Below, one piece after another: positions 16,776-25,526 of a DNA stretch of 31,198 nt. A model generated the notes under the pieces. The model did no database searches. It had not been told where the DNA came from and was given only the letters and a program-made list of their open reading frames with translations. Position 1 is the first letter of the stretch; the number at the start of each line of letters is the position of its first letter. This DNA comes from Inquilinus sp. GTDB taxonomy: Bacteria > Pseudomonadota > Alphaproteobacteria > DSM-16000 > Inquilinaceae. The DNA is taken from assembly GCA_013003675.1 (NCBI GenBank), contig JABDIP010000452.1, positions 1 through 31,198 of the forward strand, read 5' to 3'. The translations under genes and the position numbers were made by a program.

Positions 16776-16967
16776 GAGCCAATGCAACAGGCTTACAATC
16801 CTGAACATGCCCAAACAAAGTTAATAAAACCTTACCAGGGCCTGAAGAATCGTCCCGATCTCCAAAAAAACGAAACTGTGTCGGAACCGCCGTCACCCGT
16901 CGGCTTCCCCGCGTCATGGCCATTCGCTACGATCGTCAATAATCCAGGCACAGGGAGACACAAGCCA

Positions 16968-18044
16968 ATGAAACGTCGAAACTTTCTTGCGACTACCGGC
17001 ATCGGCGCGGCAGCGGCGGTCGCCGCCCCGGCGATTGCGCAGGGCCGCACCGAGTGGACGATGGTGACACCGTGGCCGAAAGGCGCCCCGGGTGTCGGCG
17101 TCAACGCCCAGCGCGTCGCCGACCGCATCACCGAGATGAGCGATGGCCGGCTGACCATCAAGCTCTACGCCGGCGGCGAGCTGGTCCCGCCATTCGAGTC
17201 GATGGATGCGGTACAGAGCGGCAATGCCGACATCATGCATGCGACGCCCTATTACTGGGTCGGCAAGACACCCTCCCTCAACTACTTCACGACAGTACCG
17301 TTCGGATTGAACGCGGTGGAACTCGCCGGTTGGCTCTATCATGGCGGTGGACAGGCATTGTGGGACGAGGCCTATGCCGGGTTGGGCGTGAAGGCGTTCT
17401 ATGCCGGTTCCAGCGGCGTCCAGGCGGGGGGCTGGTTCCGCCAGGAAATCAACACGCTCGATGATATCCGGGGCCTGAAGATCCGCATCGCCGGTCTCGG
17501 CGGCGAGGTGTTCCGGCGTCTCGGCGCCGCCGTCGTGCTGTTGCCGCCGGGCGAGATATTCCCGGCCATGCAGGCCGGTACCGTCGACGCGGCGGAATGG
17601 GTGGGGCCATGGAACGACCTCGCCTTCGGCCTTCACCGGGTCGCCAAATACTACTACACGCCGGCTTTCCACGAGCCGGGCCCGGGGCTGGAAGTGGTGG
17701 TCAACAAGGCGAAGTACGAGGTGCTGCCGCCCGACCTGCAGAAGATCGTGCAATACGCCGCGCAATCGGTCGCGGACGAGACGGTGGCGGATTTCCACTA
17801 CCACAACGTCGTCTCGCTGCGGCCGCTGGTCGAGGAGCATGGCGTCCAACTACGCGAGTTCAGCGACGCCATCGTCGCCGAGTTGGGGCGCGTGAGCCTC
17901 GAGGCGCTGGAAGAGATCGGCGCCAGCGACCCGTTCACCGCCCGCGTTCATGCCTCCTACATGGACTTCCTACACCAGGCGGCGCCGTACAGCGCCCGCA
18001 TGGAGCAAACGATGCTGCGCCAACGCGCGGCAGTGTTGGGCTGA
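16968..18044 (+). CDS. dctP: TRAP transporter substrate-binding protein (DctP, TakP-like), Tat signal
   Basis: MKRRNFL...APAIAQ Tat leader, GGELVPPFE, GLKIRIAGLGG and DAAEWVGPWND; AGGGAGA precedes 16968. Confidence 0.9.
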   Translation: MKRRNFLATTGIGAAAAVAAPAIAQGRTEWTMVTPWPKGAPGVGVNAQRVADRITEMSDGRLTIKLYAGGELVPPFESMDAVQSGNADIMHATPYYWVGKTPSLNYFTTVPFGLNAVELAGWLYHGGGQALWDEAYAGLGVKAFYAGSSGVQAGGWFRQEINTLDDIRGLKIRIAGLGGEVFRRLGAAVVLLPPGEIFPAMQAGTVDAAEWVGPWNDLAFGLHRVAKYYYTPAFHEPGPGLEVVVNKAKYEVLPPDLQKIVQYAAQSVADETVADFHYHNVVSLRPLVEEHGVQLREFSDAIVAELGRVSLEALEEIGASDPFTARVHASYMDFLHQAAPYSARMEQTMLRQRAAVLG

Positions 18045-18052
18045 GAAGAGGC

Positions 18053-18084
18053 GGCCGAGTCCCGCCCCAGGGCGGCACTCGGCC
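18053..18084. other. GC-rich hairpin between dctP and the next gene
   Basis: GGCCGAGT...ACTCGGCC outer stem with an inner CCGCCC/GGGCGG stem; no U-tract. Confidence 0.4.
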
Positions 18085-18093
18085 GGCTCGCCA

Positions 18094-18438
18094 ATGACCG
18101 GCGCGACACCCGACGCCATCACCGGCTACCACGCCCACGTCTACTACGACGCCGGCAGCAAGGGGGTTGCCGTGGCCGTTCGAGGCGCGCTGGAGGCGGC
18201 ATTTCCGGTGCGCATGGGCCGCTGGCACGACCGGCCGGTCGGGCCGCACCCCGCCTGGAGCTATCAGGTCGCCTTCCCGCCCAACCTCTTCGCCGCGGTC
18301 GTGCCATGGCTCGCCCTCAACCGGCGCGGCTTGACCGTGTTCATCCATCCGGAGACCGGCGACGACATCGCCGACCACACGGATCACGCGATCTGGCTGG
18401 GCGAGCGCCAGCCCCTCGATCTCGACGCCTTGCGGTAG
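18094..18438 (+). CDS. DOPA 4,5-dioxygenase family protein
   Basis: YHAHVYY, PVGPHP and VFIHPETGDDIADHTDHAIWLG; start at ATG 18094. Confidence 0.85.
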   Translation: MTGATPDAITGYHAHVYYDAGSKGVAVAVRGALEAAFPVRMGRWHDRPVGPHPAWSYQVAFPPNLFAAVVPWLALNRRGLTVFIHPETGDDIADHTDHAIWLGERQPLDLDALR

Positions 18439-18493
18439 CCCTCGCATGCGGTCGGCCGAAGCGTCCCCGGCCGGCGGGGCGATCGCCGTCGAA

Positions 18494-18519
18494 TGGTCCA
18501 AGGGCGGTCCGGCAACGTA
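18494..18519 (+). promoter_or_regulatory. ECF11/sigma-E (RpoE-ChrR)-type promoter TGGTCC-N16-CGTA
   Basis: One mismatch to TGATCC, an exact 16-nt spacer and CGTA at 18516-18519, about 95 nt upstream of DUF6134. Confidence 0.6.
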
Positions 18520-18614
18520 TAGTCTTCCGGGCAAAGTCGAGGCCGCTGCCCTCGCCTCCGGGGCGAACCGCCATCGGCGGCAAGGGCGGCGACGAGCCAT
18601 AGCGGGCAGTCAAG

Positions 18615-19304
18615 TTGAGTAGAGAGACCAAGATCGACACCACCGGCGCCATCGCTGCGCTCGGCCGCCGCGGCTTCGTCGCCGGTGCCGGCGCGATGGG
18701 GTTGGGATTGCTGGTGCCGCCGGCGGTTGCGGCGCATCCTTATCGGGAGCCGCTGCGTTTCGCGGTTTTTCGCGATGGCGCGCCGCTCGGCGAGCACGTC
18801 GTGACCATCCGGGACGAGAGTGGCCGCCTGACCGCCGAGATCGATATCCGGCTTGAGTACAAGATCGGCCCTTTCACCTTCTATCGGTATGCCCATCGCA
18901 ATATCGAAGTGTGGGAGGATGGCCGGCTGGTGTCGCTCGACAGCGAGACCTATGACGACGGGCGCGACTATCGGCTGACGGTGCGGCAGGACGGTCGCGA
19001 CCTGCTGGTCGACGGCGCCGCAGGGCGCTTTCGCTGCCCGCCGGAAACGCTCACCAGCAGCTATTGGAACCGCGAGACGATCCATCGGTCCACCATACTC
19101 GACACCCAGCGGGGTCGGCTGCTGTCGGTCGACGTCAAGCCGGCGGGACAAGACGCGGTGGTGGTCGACGGTGTGCCGGTTGCCGCCGATCGCTTCAGCG
19201 TCAGCGGCGATCTCGACCTCGACATCTGGTACACGTCCGATGGCCGCTGGGTGAAGCTGGACTTCATGGCGCGCGGCGCGCCGATCACCTACCAACCCAC
19301 GTGA
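18615..19304 (+). CDS. DUF6134-like exported beta-rich protein with Tat signal
   Basis: GRRGFVAG twin-arginine leader; F+VFRDG..LGEH, FYRYAHRNIE.WEDGRL, SYWN and D+WY..DGRWV pattern. Confidence 0.7.
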   Translation: MSRETKIDTTGAIAALGRRGFVAGAGAMGLGLLVPPAVAAHPYREPLRFAVFRDGAPLGEHVVTIRDESGRLTAEIDIRLEYKIGPFTFYRYAHRNIEVWEDGRLVSLDSETYDDGRDYRLTVRQDGRDLLVDGAAGRFRCPPETLTSSYWNRETIHRSTILDTQRGRLLSVDVKPAGQDAVVVDGVPVAADRFSVSGDLDLDIWYTSDGRWVKLDFMARGAPITYQPT

Positions 19305-19381
19305 CGGATCGGCGCACGGGCCGGCTGCCACCGGGCGAGCCGATGCACTGCTTACTCGTTCCCAAGAACGGAGCCTAGTCA

Positions 19382-20149
19382 ATGAACGCAGCGAGCGACG
19401 GTTGCGCCTGGGTCACCGGCGCCAGTTCGGGGATCGGACGCGCGGTGGCCTTGCGCCTGGCCCGCGACGGCTGGACCGTTGCCGCCAGCGCCCGTGGTGA
19501 GGACGCGCTGACGGAACTGGCCGCGGCGGCCGAGGCCACGCCCGGCAGGATCGTCCCGGTCCTGTGCGACGTCGCCGACCGACAGCAGGTCGAAAAGGCC
19601 GTCGAGGGCTTGGTATCGGATCATGGCGGCGTTGCGCTGGCGGTCCTCAATGCCGGGCTTTACCTGCCGGACCGGGCCGACGAGCTCGATCTGGACGCTT
19701 TCGGCAAGCAGGTGAACCTGAACCTGATGGGCACGGTCGGCTGCGTGGGCGCGTTGATGCCTCATTGGCTGGAGACCGGAAAGGGGCATCTGGCCGTGGT
19801 CTCCTCGGTCGCCGGCTATCGCGGCCTGCCCGGTTCCCTCGCCTATGGCGCCACAAAGGCGGCGCTGATCAATTTCTGCGAGGGGCTCCGCTTCGATTTC
19901 GACCGGCTGGGGCGGAAGGTGCAGGTGGTCAACCCGGGCTTCGTGAAGACCCCGCTGACGGACAAGAACAATTTCCCGATGCCCTTCCTGATGGATGTCG
20001 ACAAGGCCGCCGACCGGCTGGTCGACGGGCTGGCCGGATCCGGATTCGAGATCACCTTCCCGCGCCGTTTCACCTATGGGCTGAAGCTGCTGCGCAGCCT
20101 CCCCTACCGGCTCTATTTCCCGTTGGTCGCGCGCGCCACGGGGAAATAG
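19382..20149 (+). CDS. Short-chain dehydrogenase/reductase
   Basis: VTGASSGIG, NAG, YGATK and NPGFVKTPLT...FPMPF. Confidence 0.92.
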   Translation: MNAASDGCAWVTGASSGIGRAVALRLARDGWTVAASARGEDALTELAAAAEATPGRIVPVLCDVADRQQVEKAVEGLVSDHGGVALAVLNAGLYLPDRADELDLDAFGKQVNLNLMGTVGCVGALMPHWLETGKGHLAVVSSVAGYRGLPGSLAYGATKAALINFCEGLRFDFDRLGRKVQVVNPGFVKTPLTDKNNFPMPFLMDVDKAADRLVDGLAGSGFEITFPRRFTYGLKLLRSLPYRLYFPLVARATGK

Positions 20150-20158
20150 GGCGGGTCG

Positions 20159-20740
20159 CTATTCGGCGGCCTCGGCGGCTGCGGCGGTTTGCCGGGCGAT
20201 GTCGTCCTGGTCCTGGCGGGTGAAGAAGATGCTGACCTCGCCAAGGGTGAAGCCCCATTTGATGACTTCCGCGCGGTTGATCATCACTTCCTGGTCCTGC
20301 AGGAACATCCAGTCGTCGAAGCGGACCCGGATGCGGCGCTCGCCGACCAGAAGATCGAAATCGTACGACCAGTTTAGCGCGTTGCCATAGGCGATGCCGA
20401 CGGCGGTGCCGACCACGTCGTCGGCGGTGCCTTCGTAACGGTGCTCGTCCAGCTTGCGGATGTGCCAGATACGCTGGTCCAACTCGCCGTCGTCGTAGAC
20501 GAAATCCTCGACGAGGGTCAGCGTCTCGCCGTCCCAGGTACCGGTTATGTCGACGACGAACTGGCGGCGCAGGCGGCCGAACCGGTCCTGGAAGATGCCC
20601 CAGGCGCGAACCTTGCCGTCGAAATAGTCCTCCAGGGCAAAGGTCGGCGTCGTGCCGGCGAAATCCTGCGGCTTCATGCTGCTACATCCCGTCAACGCGA
20701 ACAGGAAGGCCAGGCAAAGAACCAGCGTGCGTGGCATCAT
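20159..20740 (-). CDS. DUF3833 family lipoprotein
   Basis: Lipobox LTGC after a hydrophobic leader; YFDGKVRAWGIFQDRFG and FDDWMFLQD. An alternative start lies at 20767. Confidence 0.85.
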   Translation of the reverse strand: MMPRTLVLCLAFLFALTGCSSMKPQDFAGTTPTFALEDYFDGKVRAWGIFQDRFGRLRRQFVVDITGTWDGETLTLVEDFVYDDGELDQRIWHIRKLDEHRYEGTADDVVGTAVGIAYGNALNWSYDFDLLVGERRIRVRFDDWMFLQDQEVMINRAEVIKWGFTLGEVSIFFTRQDQDDIARQTAAAAEAAE

Positions 20741-20753
20741 GTCCCGATCCGCT

Positions 20754-22094
20754 CTATTGCGATCCATCCACCGCGTCGATGCGCCTACGGACTTCCGACA
20801 GGCGCTCGGCGTCGAGCGGAAACCTCCAAACCAATACGATGGCGAAGGCCTTGAAGATCACCGGCGCCAGGCTGTAGAGCCCGGACACGGCGAACAGCGA
20901 CGCCGGGTCGTTGCTGGCGCCATCCTCGAAGCCGACCAGTTCGAGCAGCGGAAAAGCGAGCCCGACGGCGAGCGCCAAGGCGAATTTGGTCACCATCCCC
21001 CAGAGCGCGAAATAGAGGCCGGTACGCTGGTCGCCCGATTCCGCGGTGTCGAGGTCGACGACATCCGCCTGCATCGAGGACGGCAGCACCAGATCGGCCC
21101 CGAGGCTGACGCCGGTCAGGACACAGACCGCGGCGAACCACCACAAATCGCCGGCACCGAGAAACGGCACCCAGATGAAGATCAGCGATGTCCAGATCAT
21201 CGCGTAGCACCAGGTGCGGTGCTTGCCGAACCGATAGCTGAGGCGCAGCCAGAACGGCACCGCCAGAATGCCGGACAGGAAGTAGACGAACAGCAGGATC
21301 GCCGTATTGCCCGGTTCCTCCAGCACGTTGGCGACAAACAACACGAACAGGGTCGCCGGCAGCCCGTTGGCGATACCGTTGATCAGATAGGCGGCGATCA
21401 GCCGGCGAAAGGGCGCGTTCGCGGCGATCACCGCGATCCCCTTGCGGATGGTGATCCGCCGCCGGGAGCGGCGGGCCGGCTCCGGGACCAGGACCAGAAG
21501 CGCGATCACGCTCGGCGGCAGCAGGGCGATCACCGCCCAGGCGATCGGCTCCAGCGCTTGGCCGTCCGACGGTCCGTCGCCGTTGCCGATCAGCAGGGGC
21601 AGGCCGAGCGCCAGCAACGTGCCGCAGATGATCGCGGTTTCCCGAAAGGCGGCGATACGGCTGCGCTCGTTGTAGTCGGTGGACAGTTCCGCGCCCCAGG
21701 CGGTCAGCGGCAGGATCATCATCGTCCAGCCGGTGTAGAGGACGAGACTCCAGCCGAGCAGATGCGCTGCCCCGGCGCCGTGTCCGGGCACGAACAGGAA
21801 CCAGACCGCCGTCATCACCAGCGGGGCGCCCGCCACCAACCAGGGTCGCCGCCGGCCGAACCTCGTGTCCAGCCGGTCGCTCAACTGGCCGACCAGCGGG
21901 TCGGTGACGACGTCCCAGATGCGCGCGACCAGCAGAACGAAGCCGACGCTGGCGAAGCCCAGGCCGATTTCGGCGGCGTAGAAACTCGGCAGCAGGATAT
22001 AGGCCGGCAGGCTGAGCGCCGCCAGCGGCAGCGCCGGCGCGCCGTAAGCGAGCAGCACGGTCAGGTGGGTCGGCGTCGGCCGCGGTTCGGACAT
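20754..22094 (-). CDS. MFS transporter (GPH / MFS_2-like)
   Basis: ARIWDVVTDPLVGQLSDR...RFGRRRPW, WGAELSTDYNERSR and MQADVVD; start at MSEP (22094). Confidence 0.88.
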   Translation of the reverse strand: MSEPRPTPTHLTVLLAYGAPALPLAALSLPAYILLPSFYAAEIGLGFASVGFVLLVARIWDVVTDPLVGQLSDRLDTRFGRRRPWLVAGAPLVMTAVWFLFVPGHGAGAAHLLGWSLVLYTGWTMMILPLTAWGAELSTDYNERSRIAAFRETAIICGTLLALGLPLLIGNGDGPSDGQALEPIAWAVIALLPPSVIALLVLVPEPARRSRRRITIRKGIAVIAANAPFRRLIAAYLINGIANGLPATLFVLFVANVLEEPGNTAILLFVYFLSGILAVPFWLRLSYRFGKHRTWCYAMIWTSLIFIWVPFLGAGDLWWFAAVCVLTGVSLGADLVLPSSMQADVVDLDTAESGDQRTGLYFALWGMVTKFALALAVGLAFPLLELVGFEDGASNDPASLFAVSGLYSLAPVIFKAFAIVLVWRFPLDAERLSEVRRRIDAVDGSQ

Positions 22095-22120
22095 CGGATC
22101 GGCGGCGACGGTGTCGACAG

Positions 22121-23380
22121 CTAGTCGCGGGTGACGGCGAGCTGGACGACGTCGATGGTGCCGACGCCGAAACCGGCGGCGCAATAGTGGAGATACTGCT
22201 CCCACATGCGCTTGAACCTTTCGTCGAAACCGAGCGGCTGGATCTCCGGCCACGCCGCCTGGAAGCGCTCGTTCCACAGTCGCAGGGTCTGGGCATAGTC
22301 GCCGCCGAACCCGGCCATCTCACGCAGCGTCAGGCCGGCGGTGCGAAGCTGGCCGCGCAGTTCCGAAGGGCTCGGCAGCATGCCGCCGGGGAAGATGTAC
22401 TTCTGGATGTAGTCCGCCTTGTGCCGGTACTCCTCGAAATAGCGGTCGGCGATGGTGATGATCTGCAGTGCTGCGCCACCGCCCGATACCAGCCGCTCGC
22501 GCAGCGTGCCGAAGAAACGCGGCCAATAGGCCTCGCCGACCGCCTCGAACATCTCGATCGAGGCGATGCGATCGAACTGCCCGTCGACCTCGCGATAATC
22601 CTGCAGGCGAATATCCACGCGCTCCGCCAAGCCCGCTTCGAAGATGCGCCGGCGGGCGAAATCGTGCTGCTCGCGACTGATGGTGATGCCGGTGACCTGC
22701 GCGCCGACCTCGCCGGCCGCGAATTCGGCGAATCCGCCCCAGCCACAACCGATCTCCAGCACGTGGTGGTCGGCCGCCAGGCCCATCCGACGGGCCAGCG
22801 CCTGGTATTTGCGATGCTGGGCGGCGCTGAGGTCGGACCCGGCTTCGGGACGGTCGAAAACCGCGCTGGAGTAGGTCATGCTGGGATCCAGCCACTTCTC
22901 GTAGAAGGCGTTCCCCAAATCGTAGTGATAGGCGATGTTGCGCTTGGCGCCGCGACGGTTGTTGCGGCGCATGGCGTGACTGAGGAACTGCACGGCGCGG
23001 TACCAGCCCCGGCCGGCGAGCAACTCCTGCAGGCGGTGCTCGTTCAGCAGCGTGACGACGAACAGCGTCTCCATGTCCGGGCTCGACCAGTCGCCGTCGA
23101 GATAGGCCTCGCAGAAGCCCAGCGTGCCGCCAATGATGAAGCGCCGCGCGATCCGTTCATGGTGAACCTCGAATACCGCCTGCGGTCCCGGCTCCGGCCC
23201 GGTCATGCACTCCTTCGAGCCGTCGGGAAAGACGAAGGTCAGACTGCCGACCTGGATGTTGCGAGCCAGTGTCAACAGCCAGCGCATGGCGCGGCCCGGG
23301 CGATAGGGGCGGTCAACTATCGGGTTCGGTATCGTCGTTTCGATCTCGCCGCCTTGGCGCGGCAGTCTTTCGTGGGTCAT
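22121..23380 (-). CDS. cfa: Cyclopropane-fatty-acyl-phospholipid synthase-family SAM methyltransferase (UfaM-like)
   Basis: NIAYHYDLGNAFY..WLDPSMTYS, VLEIGCGWGG, SIEMFEAVG and YIFPGGMLPS; ATGA overlap with the DUF1365 stop places the start at 23380. Confidence 0.9.
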   Translation of the reverse strand: MTHERLPRQGGEIETTIPNPIVDRPYRPGRAMRWLLTLARNIQVGSLTFVFPDGSKECMTGPEPGPQAVFEVHHERIARRFIIGGTLGFCEAYLDGDWSSPDMETLFVVTLLNEHRLQELLAGRGWYRAVQFLSHAMRRNNRRGAKRNIAYHYDLGNAFYEKWLDPSMTYSSAVFDRPEAGSDLSAAQHRKYQALARRMGLAADHHVLEIGCGWGGFAEFAAGEVGAQVTGITISREQHDFARRRIFEAGLAERVDIRLQDYREVDGQFDRIASIEMFEAVGEAYWPRFFGTLRERLVSGGGAALQIITIADRYFEEYRHKADYIQKYIFPGGMLPSPSELRGQLRTAGLTLREMAGFGGDYAQTLRLWNERFQAAWPEIQPLGFDERFKRMWEQYLHYCAAGFGVGTIDVVQLAVTRD

Positions 23381-24198
23381 GGGACAGAGTCTTCCGGCGT
23401 CTCTGCAAGGCAGTAGCTGACGGGTGCCGCCGGCGGCTTCGGCCGGCGGTGAAAGGCGGCGCCCTTCAGCCACAACCATAGCGCCTGCCAATGGATCGCG
23501 CCCATCACCTTTAGCGTCATCAGCGGATGGGCGAAGAAGGCGCGTAGCAGGGTCGCGTCGGAAAGCGCCACGCGGCGGCCGGTCATCGTGGCCAGCAGCA
23601 GTTCTTCCTCGGGCGTCGATTCACGGATCAGGATCGACAGGCGCTCATCCGGCTCCTTGACCCGGAAGCGATATCGCGCGGCCATTTCGATAAAGGGGGA
23701 GACGTACATTTCCTTGTCGCAGGCCTGGACGATCGGCTCCTCGGGATTGCGGTCCTGCGCGACCGGCAGCAGATAGCTGTGCATGTCGCCGAGTGTGTTG
23801 CGCACCTCATAGAGCACCGCCCGCAGCGACCCGTCGGCGTGGCGGCAGAAGTAGATGCTGAGCGGGTTGAAGACGTAGCCCAGCACCCGCGGAAAGCAGA
23901 GCAGGTGCACCCGACCGCCGGCAAGGTCGATGCCGGCCCGGTTCAGAACCCGGTCGACATGGCGGCGCACCCCGCCGCCGTCGCACGATCCGTGATCGCG
24001 GTCGTGGAAGGCGAACAGGTTGAAGCGGTTGTGCGAAAACAGCCGCAGCCGGCGCGCGAGCCGCGGAACCTCCTGCAGGTCGAGCCAGAGCGAGAAGACG
24101 CGGTAGTCGAAGCGATGGGTGAACGGCCGCAGCCGCTTGTGCATCACCCGGTTGAAATAGAGCGCCGAGGTGCCGGCATCGGGCGGGGCGCCGGTCAT
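23377..24198 (-). CDS. DUF1365 family protein (UfaO-like)
   Basis: VMHKRLRPFTHRFDY, PRVLGYVFNPLSIY, EVRNT, KEMYVSPF and IHWQALWLWLKG. Confidence 0.9.
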   Translation of the reverse strand: MTGAPPDAGTSALYFNRVMHKRLRPFTHRFDYRVFSLWLDLQEVPRLARRLRLFSHNRFNLFAFHDRDHGSCDGGGVRRHVDRVLNRAGIDLAGGRVHLLCFPRVLGYVFNPLSIYFCRHADGSLRAVLYEVRNTLGDMHSYLLPVAQDRNPEEPIVQACDKEMYVSPFIEMAARYRFRVKEPDERLSILIRESTPEEELLLATMTGRRVALSDATLLRAFFAHPLMTLKVMGAIHWQALWLWLKGAAFHRRPKPPAAPVSYCLAETPEDSVP

Positions 24199-25526
24199 TC
24201 CGCCGCCGCGAGTTCGCCGATCGCGACCGGTGCCGCGTTGCGCCCGGCCGGCGATGTGTCATCGCAGCGCCAGGGACGTTGGCCGCCGAGCGCCTCGGCG
24301 ACGGCGAGGCCGGCCGACAGCCCGTCCTCGTGGAAGCCGAAGCCGCAATAGGCGCCGCAGAACCATGTCCGCTGTCGTCCCTGGATGCCGCCGATCTCCG
24401 CCTGCATGCTCACCGCCGCTTGATCGAATACCGGGTGATCATAGACGAAGCTGGCATGGGTAAGCTCGGCCGACGGCTCGGAAAGCGGGTTGAGCGAGAC
24501 GAAGACCTGCTGCGACCGATCGATGTTCTGCAATCGGTTCATCCAATAGGTGACCGACACTCCGTTGCCCTTCTCGCGCCCGTCGCTCAGGTAGTTCCAA
24601 CTCGCCCAGGCGCGCTTGCGCCGCGGCATCAGCGACGGGTCGCCATGAAGCACCGCGCGGTTCTCGGTGTAGCGGAAGGCGCCCAGCACCTGGCGTTCCT
24701 CCGCCGAGGCATCGAGCAGAAGGTCGAGCGCCTGGTCGGCATGGGCGGCGACGATCGCCTGGTCGAAACGCTCGCAACCGCCGGTGCCGTCGGCGACGGT
24801 GACCCCGGCCGGGTCGCGCTGCAGCGCCACCGCCGCCCGGTTGCGGTGGATGCGGTCGGCGAACCCGGCGGTGAGGCGCCGGACGTATTCGCGGCTGCCG
24901 CCGCTGACGGTGCGCCATTGCGGCCTGTCGTTGATCTTCAGCAGGCCGTGATTGTGGAAGAAGCGGACGAAGCTCTCGGCCGGGAAGGCCATGATCTCCG
25001 CCATCGTCGCCGACCAGATCGCCGCCCCCATCGGCAGCAGGTGGTTGTAGACGAAACCGCGGCCATAGCCGCCGGCGGCGAGGTAGTCGCCCAATGACAG
25101 CGACGGGCTGCTGCCGGCCGCCATCAGTGCCGGCGCCTCGCGATAGAAGCGCACGATGTCGCGCAGCATCGCGTAGTGCGACAGGCGCAGCAGGTTGCGC
25201 CGTTGCGCGAACAAGGCGGCGAGGTTGGTGCCGGAATACTCCAGCCGGCCGCGGTCGATGCTCACCGCGAATGACATGTCGCTGGCCTCCGTCGGCACCT
25301 CGAGGTGTTCGAACAGCCGCACGAGGTTGGGGTACGTCGCCTCGTTGTAGACGATGAAACCGGTATCGACCGGGACCGGGTCCAGGCCCTCTTCCTCGAC
25401 CATCACCGTATTGGAGTGTCCGCCGACATGGCCGTTTTGTTCGAAGACGGTGATCTCGTGGTCGCGGTGCAGCAGCCAGGCGGCGGCCATGCCGCTGATG
25501 CCGGTGCCGATGATGGCGATCTTCAT
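24195..25526 (-). CDS. FAD/NAD(P)-binding oxidoreductase, amine-oxidase-like (UfaD-like fatty acid desaturase)
   Basis: IAIIGTGISG, GGHSNT, VDTGFIVYN..TYPN, WASWNY and WFCGAY.GFGFHEDG. Confidence 0.88.
   Translation of the reverse strand: MKIAIIGTGISGMAAAWLLHRDHEITVFEQNGHVGGHSNTVMVEEEGLDPVPVDTGFIVYNEATYPNLVRLFEHLEVPTEASDMSFAVSIDRGRLEYSGTNLAALFAQRRNLLRLSHYAMLRDIVRFYREAPALMAAGSSPSLSLGDYLAAGGYGRGFVYNHLLPMGAAIWSATMAEIMAFPAESFVRFFHNHGLLKINDRPQWRTVSGGSREYVRRLTAGFADRIHRNRAAVALQRDPAGVTVADGTGGCERFDQAIVAAHADQALDLLLDASAEERQVLGAFRYTENRAVLHGDPSLMPRRKRAWASWNYLSDGREKGNGVSVTYWMNRLQNIDRSQQVFVSLNPLSEPSAELTHASFVYDHPVFDQAAVSMQAEIGGIQGRQRTWFCGAYCGFGFHEDGLSAGLAVAEALGGQRPWRCDDTSPAGRNAAPVAIGELAAAE

Noticed and set aside
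16782-16967. 62-aa N-terminal extension of DctP in the ORF track
   Set aside because: The Tat signal must be N-terminal, and an RBS precedes ATG 16968.
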